Positions 52,286 to 64,000 of a stretch of DNA of 64,000 bases are shown here, piece by piece. The position numbers and the translations under genes are program-made. Below the pieces are notes generated by a model. The model worked only from the letters and a program-made list of their open reading frames with translations. It ran no database searches and had not been told where the DNA came from. This DNA comes from Chrysemys picta bellii (lineage: Eukaryota): NCBI RefSeq assembly GCF_011386835.1, contig NC_088792.1, positions 208,940,001 through 209,004,000 on the forward strand, given 5' to 3'. How positions within the stretch are numbered: position 1 is the first letter of the stretch; every line of letters begins with the position of its first letter.

Positions 52286-55200
52286 GTTCTCTCTGAATAA
52301 GGAGTAGAATAATTAATAGAAGTTAAATGTAAAACATTAGAGACCCATCATGCAAATGCTTACTATCAAGTGTAGTGCTTATTACCATGATGAGCAGTTC
52401 CATTGGCTTCAGTGGGGCTACTCATATTAGTAAGTGTGCGTCCTAAGATTCTGTAATACAAGTACTGTAATACAAGAGGCTGATCCTGCTCCCACGGAAT
52501 CTGAAAATTTTGCCATTGAAGTCAATGGGCCCAATTCAGGCAACCCGTCAAATATACCCTTTTTTGCTCCTTGTGCTCCGTTAAATTACCTGAATAAACA
52601 TTCTGAAGCTCCTTTCTGGGACATCTCAAAGACTAGCCCTTTTTCACTCAATACAAATACAGTAGCTGTAGATCTTGTACAGCACCAATACTAGACTTCA
52701 AAGGAGTACTCAGACTTATACCTAAATAAAAGCAGCAGCAATGTCTGTGAAAATTCTAACACTATTTCCAAACTTATTAAATAATGTTAAAAATGTGATA
52801 AAAGCCTGTCTTGAATATTTTTTTCTCTTTTATATAATACACATCTGAATGTTATGATTAATTAAAACACATTAGTAAGGTTCACTCTTTCTACAGCAGG
52901 CTGGATTCTGATCGCATTTGAAGTAGTGTAAATCCATTGAGTCAAGTGTAAAGTGGTGTAACTGAAATCAGAATCAGGTCCCTTGTTTTTTATATTAGTT
53001 TATTATAGAGAATAGTAAATTTTAATTCAGCTCACTCTTACTTTCTTCCAATTCACAAAAAATCTTAAATACTGACACCACAATGTATCATTTTTACTCA
53101 TTTTAGTTACTAGTTCAGGAATATAAATGTATTTCTACTATATACACATGCCATATTACGAAAGAAAATCTTCTAGGCTATTACTTCCTTCTTCATCTCC
53201 AAAAAGGTGGTTCTTTTGTAACCTAATTGTATTTGCCACTGTCATTCAAAATCATGCTAAATGTGTTAAAAGTAAAGAATAGATGTGGCAAGATATTGGG
53301 AAATGAATTAATTATATGAATCAAAAATACATCAATGAACTGAAACATATTTCTATGCAGTAAGTTAAGGAAAAAGAATGTCATTTACTTTAGTTCCCCT
53401 TCATACACAGCTATAGCATAAAGGGGTTTATTTTGTAGTTACAAGTTCTCATTTAATCAAATGAAAGACAATACTTACGCTCCTTTTTTTAGACAATACA
53501 CCCTTTCCAAGCAAGAGTAATGATATCAGTTACAAGTTTATATATAAACTAAGGTATATTTATGGCATGGATTCACTTTTATATTTCCATCAATAGCAGA
53601 TGAACAATAACTTTGCAAAGAAGTACAAACTAGTTAACCAAATGAATCTAGAAAATAGCATATATTTACCACTAATACTGAAATATCTCCTTTGTAAAAA
53701 TTGTTCCCAGCGTCAAGAAGGAATCAGACTGTGTTCTGATCTAATTTTCATGTGTGTCAGGGATTTTGCATGTTCTACTTATCTGATGACAAGGTACTTA
53801 ATCCTATTAATGAGACATTTTGTGATTAGGCTATAGGATTTCCCTCTGTTTCAGATTTAAGACTTGCCCATGCTTACAAGCAAAAATAAACACTAGAGGG
53901 AGTGTTGGACGTAACATGGATTTTCTATTTCCCCTTATCTAGTGACCCTAGTATTTTTGACCAGTGGCTTCTTGAATTATTTCCTTTTTAAGTCAGAAAA
54001 GATCTACAGCTTGTGGTAGAGGGTATCTGAGTGAATTTATTAAAATTACTTTAGCTAAAAATGATTTCTACCTTTAATTATTTTAAAATAACTTCATTTT
54101 CATATGCTAGAAAAATATCCAGTAAGACAACAACAAAAAACAGCAAATAACATTCAGGAATCAAAAGAACTCCTGATCCAAATATAGGTGTACATATGAG
54201 AATGGTCTGATAGGACATGAACGGATCTTATCATTTTCTACATTGTTACAGCTCTATGTTTATACTTGCGTGATTTTTATTACTATGCAAATTAACATGT
54301 GTGAAAGATTTGCAGGTACATATGTTGCTAAATATTGAAATCAAATATTGAAGTTAACTAATATCATCTATATGATGTGTTACTGTCAATCTATATTCCA
54401 CATTATGACGTGCAAGTGCAGTTCCCCACTGAAGTCAAAGTGGAGGAGAGAAATGGGAATCCATTAAAATACACAAAATGTAAAAAGTTCATGTATTGTA
54501 ATCACATTTTAAAATGTCCTGAATATGTTTTTACCTTAGAGGCCATAACAACTAAATGCCGTGAATGAAGGTCAAGATCAAACATAATCCACACTATTTA
54601 GGGAGGTGGTTTTTTGTTTGTTTTTGTTTTTAAACACATATTTGTACTGGAATCTGCCTCCAGATCTACACTGCAAAACTTAGCCATCTGGGCCAAAAGT
54701 TTCTAGAGATTTTAGGTGCCTCCGTTTTTGGATGCCCCAGTTGAGACACATTAGCCTGATTTTCAGAAGTATTGAGCACCTGTGACTGCAATCAAAGTCT
54801 GTGGGAACGGCAGGTGTTCAAATGCTCTGAAAAGCAAGTGTTTTAAGTTGGACAGCCAAATATTAAAACTCTGTGAATCGCTGGTCTAGTCTGAAAATTT
54901 TGGCCTTGGTATATGTTAAATGTTGACTCACTGACAGCAGCATCCCTGCTGCATTATTGATCATTTGGTATTCTGCTATCAGTCAGGAAACATGCCTTTC
55001 CAGAGGTCCAGAACTTCTGTGTTCTTGGTGGTGTGGTGTCTGGCATATCACAGAGAACTCGAGGGAATGAACCAGATACCACAGGATTCACTAATACACA
55101 TATCCTGTACCCCTGCCTCTTGTGAGAGTGCTGGGTAAGAGCCCACAGCCAGCCTGTCTACTTGGATCAAGTACTGGTGTCAGGATTTGGCACTCACTGT

Positions 55201-56185
55201 ATCTCCTCCCGTTAATGTCTGTAGAAGCTATGCTCACATAGGCAGAGAGTCTGGACTCTTTAGTGAAGATTTTGAATTGTACATTATTGGCCTGACCCCC
55301 CGAACAGGATCCTAATCAGGGAAGATTTTTCTCTACTTTTAATTTTTTTCCCTTTAAAAATGACTATATCTCCTCTCTTTTTCATTTTTTTATTTTCAGT
55401 TTGTTCATATGTTAAGTCTAGTGCTGGCCAGTCAAAAGCCAATCGACTCTATCTAGAGAGAAACATATTCCATTCAGTCAAAACCATGGCAAGTTGGGAG
55501 GAAGGAATCCATCCCCACATTGCAGGGACAGTAAAGAGCTGCAGTGCCTCCCTCTTCTGAGCCTACACATAGAAGTTTCGGGACATTGGGTCCACCAGTT
55601 GCTCATTCACAATAGAACTTCTTGGCAAATGCCCTATTTAGGGCTGGTGCCAAGCACTCCTCTGAGGCATTCAGAGTTATGGCCCCACAAGCATATCTAT
55701 AACAGGACTTTTATGGTGCTGAAACCCTTGTCTGGTACAGAGTTCCTTGTGCATGTCTTCCTTTGAAGAGTCAACATCACACATTATCCATACATTATAG
55801 TACCCTGGATGTTACATCTCCTTAGAAATTACACAGATTTTATTCAGAAATGTTTGTTTATGTTTTACTAACCCATTATGTAGTCTAAACACAAATGGGG
55901 ATTAGTTTCCTGTTTTTCATTTTCTATGAGGAAAATAAAACCTGGCCTTTGGCTTTTTTTATTATTTACAAATATATAATAGCAAAGTGATGGTCTAAGC
56001 AGCCAAAGGATCTCTATAGAGAAATTCAACTGACTGGGAAAAGAAAAACATCAGTTAATTTAGCAAAATATAGGATGGCAAGTTAAGATGAAACAGGAAA
56101 TAAAGAAATATTGGCATGGATGAGGACAAGGGTCAATATTAGATAATTTGGAAAAATCAAATATTTTATCAGAGTTAATCTAAAG

Positions 56186-56697
56186 CAGGGGTCCCTTTTT
56201 CTTTTGGAGCCCCCCCCAACATGTTATAAGAACTCCAGGGCCCAGTGCGGAGGGGCAGAGAGGGAGAGAAGGGTCCTTGGGGCTTCAGCCACAGAGTGGG
56301 GGACTCGGGGCTCCGGACTTCAGCCACCAGGCAGAGGAGGCCCTCGGGGCTTCAGCCCCGTGGGGTGCCGGGGTTTCAGGGGGGGAGCTCAGGGCTTCAG
56401 CCGTGTGGGGGCATTGGGGTTCTGGGCTTTAGACAGTGGGAGTGCTGAGACTCTGGGCTTCTGTCCCATGGCTCTGTTCCCGGCTTCAGCCCTGCTGGGG
56501 TGCCAGGGCTCTGGGCTTCAGCCCCGTGGCTCCGGCTTCAGCCCCATGGGGAGTGCTGGGGCTTGGGGCTCCCTGCGGCTCCATTCCCGGTTTCAGCCCC
56601 ACTGGGGCGCCAGGCTTCTGCCGTGGGGCTCTGTGGTCCCCTGGAACCAGCTCATAGCCCCCAAGGGGGCCGCGGACCCCTTGGTTGAGAACCACTG
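56186..56697. mobile_element. hAT-Charlie-type MITE, 512 bp, with internal GGGCTTCAGCCC repeats
   Basis: Perfect 8-bp TSD atctaaag; right TIR GGTTGAGAACCACTG. Confidence 0.82.
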
Positions 56698-57926
56698 ATC
56701 TAAAGAACTAACTTTTGGATTGAGGAGACTCCAAAGGACTCATCATTTCACACTTGAGAAAGTCCTGTTATTAGTGTGCGGTCCTATTAATCTCAAAGCA
56801 GCACACTTGAGTTTTAACTTTACAAACTTTACACAAATTTTATCAGCAAGTTTCATATTTGGAACGGCTTAACTTTACTTTTTTAACTCTTCAGGTTCTA
56901 TCTGCCCTGTCCTATTATGGACATTTCAAACTTTTCCGAACTTGGGCTGACAAATCTTCTATGTGTTGCCTACAGTTTGCAGTGGTCTTTCTCATAATAG
57001 TGTACTCTTGACTTTGGACAATATATTCGTCCACAACATATTTTTTACCACACTATTATACTACCCTGATCAGTTTTTACATTGCATTGAATGCACTACA
57101 TCTATAACAAGAAAATTTCTGTAACATCCTAAAATACAGCCCACATTTCTGCTACTATTAATTATTGAATGATTCTGAAACACTTATTCATGCCTCTAGG
57201 CCCATTGAGACTATTTGTATGAGTAAAGGATTGCAGGGTTGGGCTGTTTTTCATAGTCTGAAATCCCACTAATGCTATATTTTATCAAAATAAATATGTT
57301 ATAATTAGGGCTGGTCAAAAATTTCAAATGAAACATTTTCCTGTTTGAAAATGGGGTTTCAGCTAAATTGAAATTTTCCACAAGACAGGATTGATTTGGG
57401 GGGAATTTTATGTTCAGAAAGTTCAAATGAAATATTTCACTTCGGGTTTGGTAGGCATTAATCTCTGTAAGCCTGAGCTACCGTAGTGCTTCATGGGAGT
57501 TGTAGCTCTGAGTTCCTTGTGCCCTCTTTCTGCACTATGGGCCCTGCTCCCTAGCCAGATAACAATTCCCATTGTGCACCACAGTTTATCCCTGTTATTG
57601 ATCCATTAGATTTAATAATCTAAATCCGTTGCCTTGACTCAGGACAAAAACAGATGTTGAAATATAGGAATTTCCTGCAGTATGGAGTCATTGTAAGTTT
57701 CTTTCATTTATATTGTATGAACATAATTTGTTCATAGTATAGAAGAGTTGCTTTCATACCAGGCATCTTCAAACTCCTACTTGGGATAGCCTAATGGTCT
57801 AAACACCAAGTTTGGAATACCTATACTCTCTTAACTAGGCAGTGTCAACCTAGTCTTTCAGGATCAATAAATTAAGTGCTATATAATGACATCAAAGATC
57901 CCAAGGTTCTTTTAAGAAATAAATCA

Positions 57927-58060
57927 TGATCCTGCAAAAACTTACATATATGTGTAACCTTAAGCATGTGACTTGAATTGAAGCTAAATCCAATAGGATG
58001 TCAAGGGGCACACACATGTGCTTAAGGTTAAGAACATGTGAATGTTTTTGCAGGGTTGGA
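57927..58060. repeat. Short hairpin element
   Basis: Arms atcctgcaaaaac...taaccttaagcatgtg / cacatgtgcttaaggtta...gtttttgcaggg. Confidence 0.65.
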
Positions 58061-58108
58061 GCCTTAATGGTTTCTGTGTATAATGTGTAGTAAACTTTCA
58101 AATAGTTT

Positions 58109-58759
58109 CAGAGGGTCCTGTGGCACCTTTAAGACTAACAGAAGTATTGGGAGCATGGGACTTGGGACTGAGAGGGACCAGACGTCAATCCAGGCTCTCC
58201 AAATCTTTCTGAACAAGTCTCTCATATTTCAAACTTGTAAGTAAACAGCCAGGCAAGGCATGTTAGTTTTTATCTTTGTTTTCTCAACTTGTAAATGTAC
58301 CTTTTTGCTAGAGTGTTTATCTCTGTTTGCTGTAACTTTGAACTTAAGGCTAGAGGGGATTCCTCTGGGCTCTTTAAGTTTGAATACCCTGTAAAGTTAT
58401 TTTCCATCCTGATTTTACAGAGATGATTTTTACCTTTTTCTTTAATTAAAAGCCTTCTTTTTAAGAACCTGATTGATTTTTCCTTGTTTTTAGATCCAAG
58501 GAGGTTGGATCTTGATCCACCAGGAGTTGGTGGGAGAAAGGAGGGGGATGGTTAATTTCTCCTTGTTTTAAGATCCAAGGGGTTTGGATCTGTATTCACC
58601 AGGGAATTGGTGAAGAGTCTCTCAAGGCTACCCAGGGAAGGGAATTAGCACTTTGGGAGTGGTGACAGCGGACCAGATCTAAGCTGGTAGTTAAGCTTAG
58701 AAGTTTCATGCAGGCCCCCACATTTGTACCCTAAAGTTCAGAGTGGGAAAGCAGCCTTA
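58109..58759. mobile_element. Composite: Penelope-like fragment (to 58156) + 3' part of a Gypsy-type LTR
   Basis: ggcacctttaagactaacagaagtattgggagcat, then LTR-like sequence ending ctaaagttcagagtgggaaagcagcctt; flanked by aaatagttt repeats. Confidence 0.6.
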
Positions 58760-59154
58760 AAATAGTTTGTGAGCCCTCTAGTGGCCCTCTCTGTCTTCTG
58801 TGTTTCAGAAGCCACCAGAACCCTGCCAGAGGAGCAGCGTATATATGTTGCTAGGCCCTGAATGTTATATATATTTAGTAAACATGGTTATTTGGACCCC
58901 ACTGTGCCCAGGGGGGTTCGGTCACACTAGGTATAATGTGTAAAGAGCAAAAGACACAACAGGTTTTTCCAGGGGTCTCTGGCTAAAATTTCTCCTTCAC
59001 ACACTAACGTGTACAGTGATGTGTACAAGTTGGTTGCTGTATTTCATTGTGACAGATTTATATTAGGTAAAGTGCTTTGCAGCCATTTGGACTGGAAATT
59101 GATATATAAAAAGGAGTATACATATAATTCAAATTTAGGATCAAAGGTTCTTAC

Positions 59155-59201
59155 CTTATAACTCACAGTCTGTTAGGAGACATCCTCTAGATTCCAAGTA
59201 T
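59155..59201 (-). other. Candidate 47-nt CLUL1 5'UTR exon
   Basis: cccaccccttcccatttag|...TAAG|gtaaga; inferred from splice signals only. Confidence 0.4.
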
Positions 59202-60007
59202 CTAAATGGGAAGGGGTGGGGGGAATCTATCACTCCCCTGATGAATTCTTTTTTTTTAAGCCACCCAGGGCTTTGGCATAATACTCTAAATACCAGTCCC
59301 AGCAATAAATGCTATTCACAAAGGTATGTAAATCTCTTGTTAGCATCTTCCACAAAGCTATTACACAGAAAAAGGGAGCCATTGTCTCCTAAAGCATTAG
59401 CAAAATGCTGCATTATGTTTATTGAATGGAGAAAGACAAATGTATTAGGTAAAAGAGCTTTAAAACATTAAAGGGGTATTATAAACACCTGAAAAGTGAT
59501 ACAATATGTAGCTGAAATATGAAAGTATACTATGGTGTCTTCAAAAATTGTGTCTGGAATATCAGCTAACTGTTGAACTTGGAAAAATACCATTACAAAT
59601 GTTATGTTATCAGCAGGAGAGATCAAAGCCAGTGCAAGGATAACAAAATGAGTTAGGAACTATTTATTCCAAACCTATGAGGCAAGTCTGCATGGAGCAG
59701 TTATACAAATAGATTTCAGGAAGCATTTAATATGAAAATGCTAAAGTTTCCAACCAGATGTTTTGTGAGGGTTTAGTTTCAAGCTTCCCTAGGATAGTTA
59801 AAACAAAGAAGTTTTATTACATGCAGTCATGTAATATATCAGCTTTGGGGCTGACACTGAAAGGGGCAGGTTAGAATGATACCATGTTGCATGCTCATCT
59901 GCTTCACTTACACATCTCTGCATTCAGCTCAGTATCAGCTATTCCTGGAATTGCTGCTTATTGGAAACAACTCTGGTGTTTAATGAACTGAAGATGAGTG
60001 AATTAGT

Positions 60008-60110
60008 GCCTGATCCTGTGAGGTACTGAGCACTTCCTGAGAGGTGTTGCTAATTGCACTCAGCTGCTTGAGATGTAGTTGAGAGCACTCAGTACTTTGT
60101 AGGATCAGGC
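60008..60110. repeat. Short hairpin (inverted repeat) element
   Basis: Arms gcctgatcctgtgaggtactgagcact / agcactcagtactttgtaggatcaggc; TTA close to both ends. Confidence 0.7.
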
Positions 60111-62186
60111 CTTAATAACAATCAGTGAAGACCACTGGAAATTGCTTTTAAAAAGTCTTTGGCTAGACTCTTGGGCACTTGCTTCTGTTGAACTCAGAGT
60201 GGAACCTGTTCTAATGCCTGAGGGAGAGGATACACAAAGAGGGATGTGTACAGATAAAGTTTCCTCAATATGTCCAATAAGAAGACAATCACAACTCCAT
60301 ACTTTGTTGTGAAAAGGAAATGGAGTTGTTTCAGGAAGCAGAGCTGGAATGCAGCCCGAAGCTGAACTTTCCCCCTATTCATTAAAATATTAGCTAAAGT
60401 TTCTAAAAAGAGTTTCACTGCAAATTAGAATTAATGATTTTATGCATCTAGAAGTTCTTGTCCAATGACCATCTTGTGTGTTTTTACAGCTGTCTCTTAT
60501 ATACATGCTATGCTACCCATAACATCTGCTTCATAAAATACTTTAAGAGGTTCTATGATAGAAATATTGGCTTGAGTGATCAGGAGGGGGTGGGGGAGAT
60601 GAATCCCCTAAGCAAGAGGGAGAAAAAGAAACACAAAGGAAGATAGATAGAGAGAAGGAGACAAAAGAAGCAAACAAGGGAAATGAGAAAGAAAGAGAGG
60701 GTGGAGTCCACAAAGCACCAGAATTTAAAGGAAATCATTTTTAATGATGAACAGGCTATGCAGTTATACAACGTACAGTACGTTGCCATGTCACTTACAA
60801 ATAGGAAATAATTCATCCAAACAACAAAAAATTGAAAAGTATTGATCAACATGTGCATAAAAACCTGAGTAACTGTGTAACCTTTGCAGTTCCTCACCCA
60901 TCTTCCCCGTCTAGCTTCACTTCTTGGATCACACCTTTAGTCAGATGATAAATTTTTTAGGTCAAAGACTTTGGCGTTTGTTTGTGCTCTAAAGTGCCCA
61001 GCACACTTTTGGACACCATAAAATAAAAAATAATAATTATAAATCTTGGACACAGAGGCTGCACAACCCTGTTTTGGCCTGCACAAATTTGCCAAGCCAA
61101 CTACCAGATCTGTGCATGCAAAAATTCTGGTTTAAAGGGGTATAGATAGGATCTGAATATACAAAGCACAAGTTAGGTCACAAATCAGTGTGTTTTACAT
61201 GTCCCTTGCTGTTTCTGATCCACATAGGATGTGAGACAGTTACAGCCCCTAGCTATAGTCTGGCTGTTTAGCTCAAGCTGTAGAAATGAATGCTTATTGC
61301 TCTAGTCTAGAGATCCCTTGTTCAATTTCCAGAGTCAACTAAGATAGCAACTGTCACATGTAAATCAGAAGCCTGATGAAAACTTGGATCAATGTGTTAC
61401 ATTCATAAAATGTAGAAGAAAACTCTTGTGTGAAGCATAAATTAATAGAATTTAAAATTAGACTTGAACACTTTTAAAATCTGGTTTAGTTGTTCTTTGG
61501 TATTAAGTTACATTCAGAATTTTGGGACAGCTACATAAACTGGTGTCTAGTGCAACATTAGACATTTTCAGTTCTAGGCAGGTGGCCAATGGCCAGTAGG
61601 GATTACAGATATCAATATTATTTTTTCTTTTGTTTTATTCACATAACTTACTACAAAGAAAAAATCCCGCTGAATGATTCACATCCAGCCATCGGTGAAC
61701 TCAGCTAGTCTGTGTGACTGTATATTCTTATATTGTTGCTCTAGTCCCTCCCCATCCCTTATTCCTCTTTGTCTGTTGCACCCACTTGTAGTATTGAATC
61801 TTAAACTAGGTCAAACTCTTCAGGGCAAGAACTATGAGCTAGATTCATCCCTGGACTGGCACAAAGGAGGAAGGTTGTATCTCCCATATTCCGCTCCTGC
61901 CTGGCGCAGGTTAGGGCATTCTTCAGGGCTGCTCTAACTTGTGTCCCTAGCCTTTATGAGCCATTGCATGAATGCAGAATCATCACCATGTGAGATTGCC
62001 CTGGCCACTCATCCCCTTGCAAGGGCCTCTGGTAGGAGCAGGAATGCAGAGCCAGGAGAGCTACCTCTGTGCCTCCTGTAGATGGCCACCTGAATACAGA
62101 TTAGAATGTCCTGCAGCCGCTTTGTTCTATGAATAAGCTTGTTCAAAAGGGCCAGACTGCAGAGATAAATTCCCCCATGTGACTTA

Positions 62187-62376
62187 GGTTATGTCTGCAC
62201 TACGGACCCTTATAGTGGCACAGCCACTGTCAGGTCTCCCAGGTAGCCTCTCAAAACCACCCCCAATGAGCGACAGTAGCTATGTCGATGAAACTTTTGT
62301 GATCAGAGGGGTGTTTTTTTCACACCCCTTGATCAACAAAAGTTTTATGGACAAAAGTGCTAGTGTAGACATAGCC
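62187..62376. mobile_element. Harbinger-type MITE, 190 bp
   Basis: TTA TSD both sides; GGTTATGTCTGCACT / GGCTATGTCTACACT. Confidence 0.8.
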
Positions 62377-62447
62377 TTAGTATGTATTTGTATAGTAACT
62401 AGTATGATGAGGCCCCCAGTCCAGTTGGGATTTCTGAATGCTGCTGT

Positions 62448-62628
62448 ATCATAGAATATCAGGGTTAGAAGGGACCTCAGGAGGTCATCTAGTCCAACCC
62501 CCTGCTCAAAGCAGGATTAATCCCCAGACAGATTTTTACCCCAGTTCCCTAAATGGCTCCCTCAAGGATTGAACTCACAACCCTGGGTTTAGCAAGCCAA
62601 CGTTCAAGCCACTGAGCTATCCCTCCCA
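62448..62628 (-). mobile_element. Turtle PolIII SINE, near full length
   Basis: A box TAGCTCAGTGG, B box GAGTTCAATCC, CR1 tail. Confidence 0.88.
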
Positions 62629-62954
62629 CCCATTTGTAATACAAATAATAATACAATTCACATATATTCATGAGTATTTTCCAGTTTTACCCCAGTCAAT
62701 AGCCCAACTTTGCTATGGACCACAGCTTCCTCCCTTCCCCCATAAGGCTGGGAAATTGTAAAATCCTACTCAGACTTTTCTGAATTTCCCATAGGAAAAG
62801 TTCACCAGTGTCACAGTGAAAACAGCTTATGGCTGCAAAATGACTTGATTTCTCACAAATACTCAAAAGCGAGCTTCTGCAATGTTTTGCCAGCAATGAG
62901 AATATTGTTGTACAACTCTGCCAGTGTCTCTTGTTTGTATGATTCAGCTGCTAC

Positions 62955-63370
62955 TTTTCACAACCAGGAATTGGAGCCTGAACTGAAGCCCTGTGGATGA
63001 AGCCATGTGGCCAGAGCTGGGGATCAGTGCCTGAAATGCTGCGGCCGGAGAAGGGTATTGGCGCCCAAAGCCCCGTGGCTGGAGCCTGGTCTACACAGCC
63101 AGGCTCCCTAAGTCCTGCCGCTGGAGCCCGCCTCCCAACCACCCCAGGGCAGAAGCCCCACTGCCTCCCCATAGGTAGAGAAGAGGACTCACTCTGCTCC
63201 AGCAGCATTGTGCCCCACCTGTCTCCAGGGGTGGTGCAGGGCTGCACCTCCAGGAGCAACAGAGAGGGAGGTGGAGGGGCCAATGCTTTGTTGTGCCCCC
63301 ACTCCCTCACCACCGATACAAGAGATTTTGCTTTTAGCTGTTCTGATAAACCTTGCAGCACCTAGGACAG
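62955..63370. repeat. GC-rich unclassified repeat fragment
   Basis: Abrupt GC-rich block like the interior of the local hAT elements; no termini found. Confidence 0.3.
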
Positions 63371-63589
63371 AGATATGCAGGGGGGGGAAACTAGTGAGGG
63401 GGTTAAAAACATTGTGAAAACCTCTCCAAATTTGCATAACAGTAGTGGTGACAGTATCATAATGTTTTAGCTTGTATAAAACACTGGTTAATTTTAGAAT
63501 TATAGCTTTAGATAAGTAATAATTCATGATAATTTATAATGAAAAATCCAAAATGGCCACTGCAATAATTCTCTATTAGAAAACATCAA

Positions 63590-64000
63590 AATGAAGGACA
63601 CAGACTAAATTGACTAATAGCAGATAAGAGATGGGGTGAAAGAGTTCAACAAGCATAACTCAGCTTCCTCTCCAAAATGCCTGAAGGATGGAGCTAGGAG
63701 GAGGATTTATGCTAATAGCTAGAAGGAGGATCAACACAGGATTACGGTCTATGCTAATAAATTCAAGTTGATTGGCTGACTGGTATAATTAGGCAGGGAG
63801 GATCTATGCTGATTTCTGAGCTTGGAAAAGCAACCTATCAGAGAAGGCTAGGAACTGAATATAAGGCTGCCAACCAGCAGGCCAGTGTCTGGTTGTGAGC
63901 TGAGGAGAAGGAAGAAGGAGAAGAGTTGAGAAGATAGCAACAGCAGTTGAAGAAACAGCAGCAGATCTGAGACAGTAACAGCAGTTTATGTGGACAGGGC
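63590..64000 (+). mobile_element. Probable LTR U3-R region running off the window end
   Basis: Repeated ATGCT(A/G)AT motifs, ATTGG at 63771, TATAA at 63860, purine-rich downstream tract. Confidence 0.4.

Noticed and set aside
56204-56698. Repeated GGGCTTCAGCCC units resembling a repeat-spacer array, plus a 164 aa ORF
   Set aside because: Irregular degenerate repeats inside a MITE with an 8-bp TSD; eukaryotic context, no cas genes.
60890-61620. Possible CLUL1 first exon (donor G|GTGAGG at 60898) and CRX-type GGATTA near 61600
   Set aside because: Isolated short motifs only; cannot be supported without transcript data.
62560-62628. tRNA-like sequence (also near 30540 and 34540)
   Set aside because: SINE heads fused to CR1 tails, not intact tRNA genes.

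Overview
Vertebrate genomic DNA, most likely a turtle (inferred from tRNA-head/CR1-tail PolIII SINEs and Harbinger, hAT and Penelope repeat types I recognise from turtles). It holds the conserved ENOSF1-TYMS-CLUL1 block. ENOSF1 exons 5-16 (human numbering) are on + (247-13471). TYMS has 7 exons on - (32464 to 15297), tail-to-tail with ENOSF1 and with a CpG-island promoter. CLUL1 has 7 coding exons on - (52285 to 39450) plus a non-coding last exon. All exon boundaries were read by hand and the phases join. Introns carry a full-length but decayed 4.07-kb two-gene Harbinger transposon, many Harbinger/hAT/mariner MITEs with intact TSDs, CR1/L2/MIR/RTE fragments and LTR pieces. I see no clear new multi-gene system. 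The points most worth checking are: two 1-nt deletions in TYMS exon 3 (probably assembly error); Penelope hammerhead-ribozyme relics, one joined to LTR sequence at the predicted cleavage site inside a 9-bp direct repeat; an internally deleted RTE with both ends and a TSD nested in a hAT MITE; the Harbinger inserted 30 nt from a TYMS acceptor; a bidirectional poly(A) signal cluster between ENOSF1 and TYMS; and a likely GC-AG intron and shifted stop codon in CLUL1. Repeat family names come from recall, not database searches.
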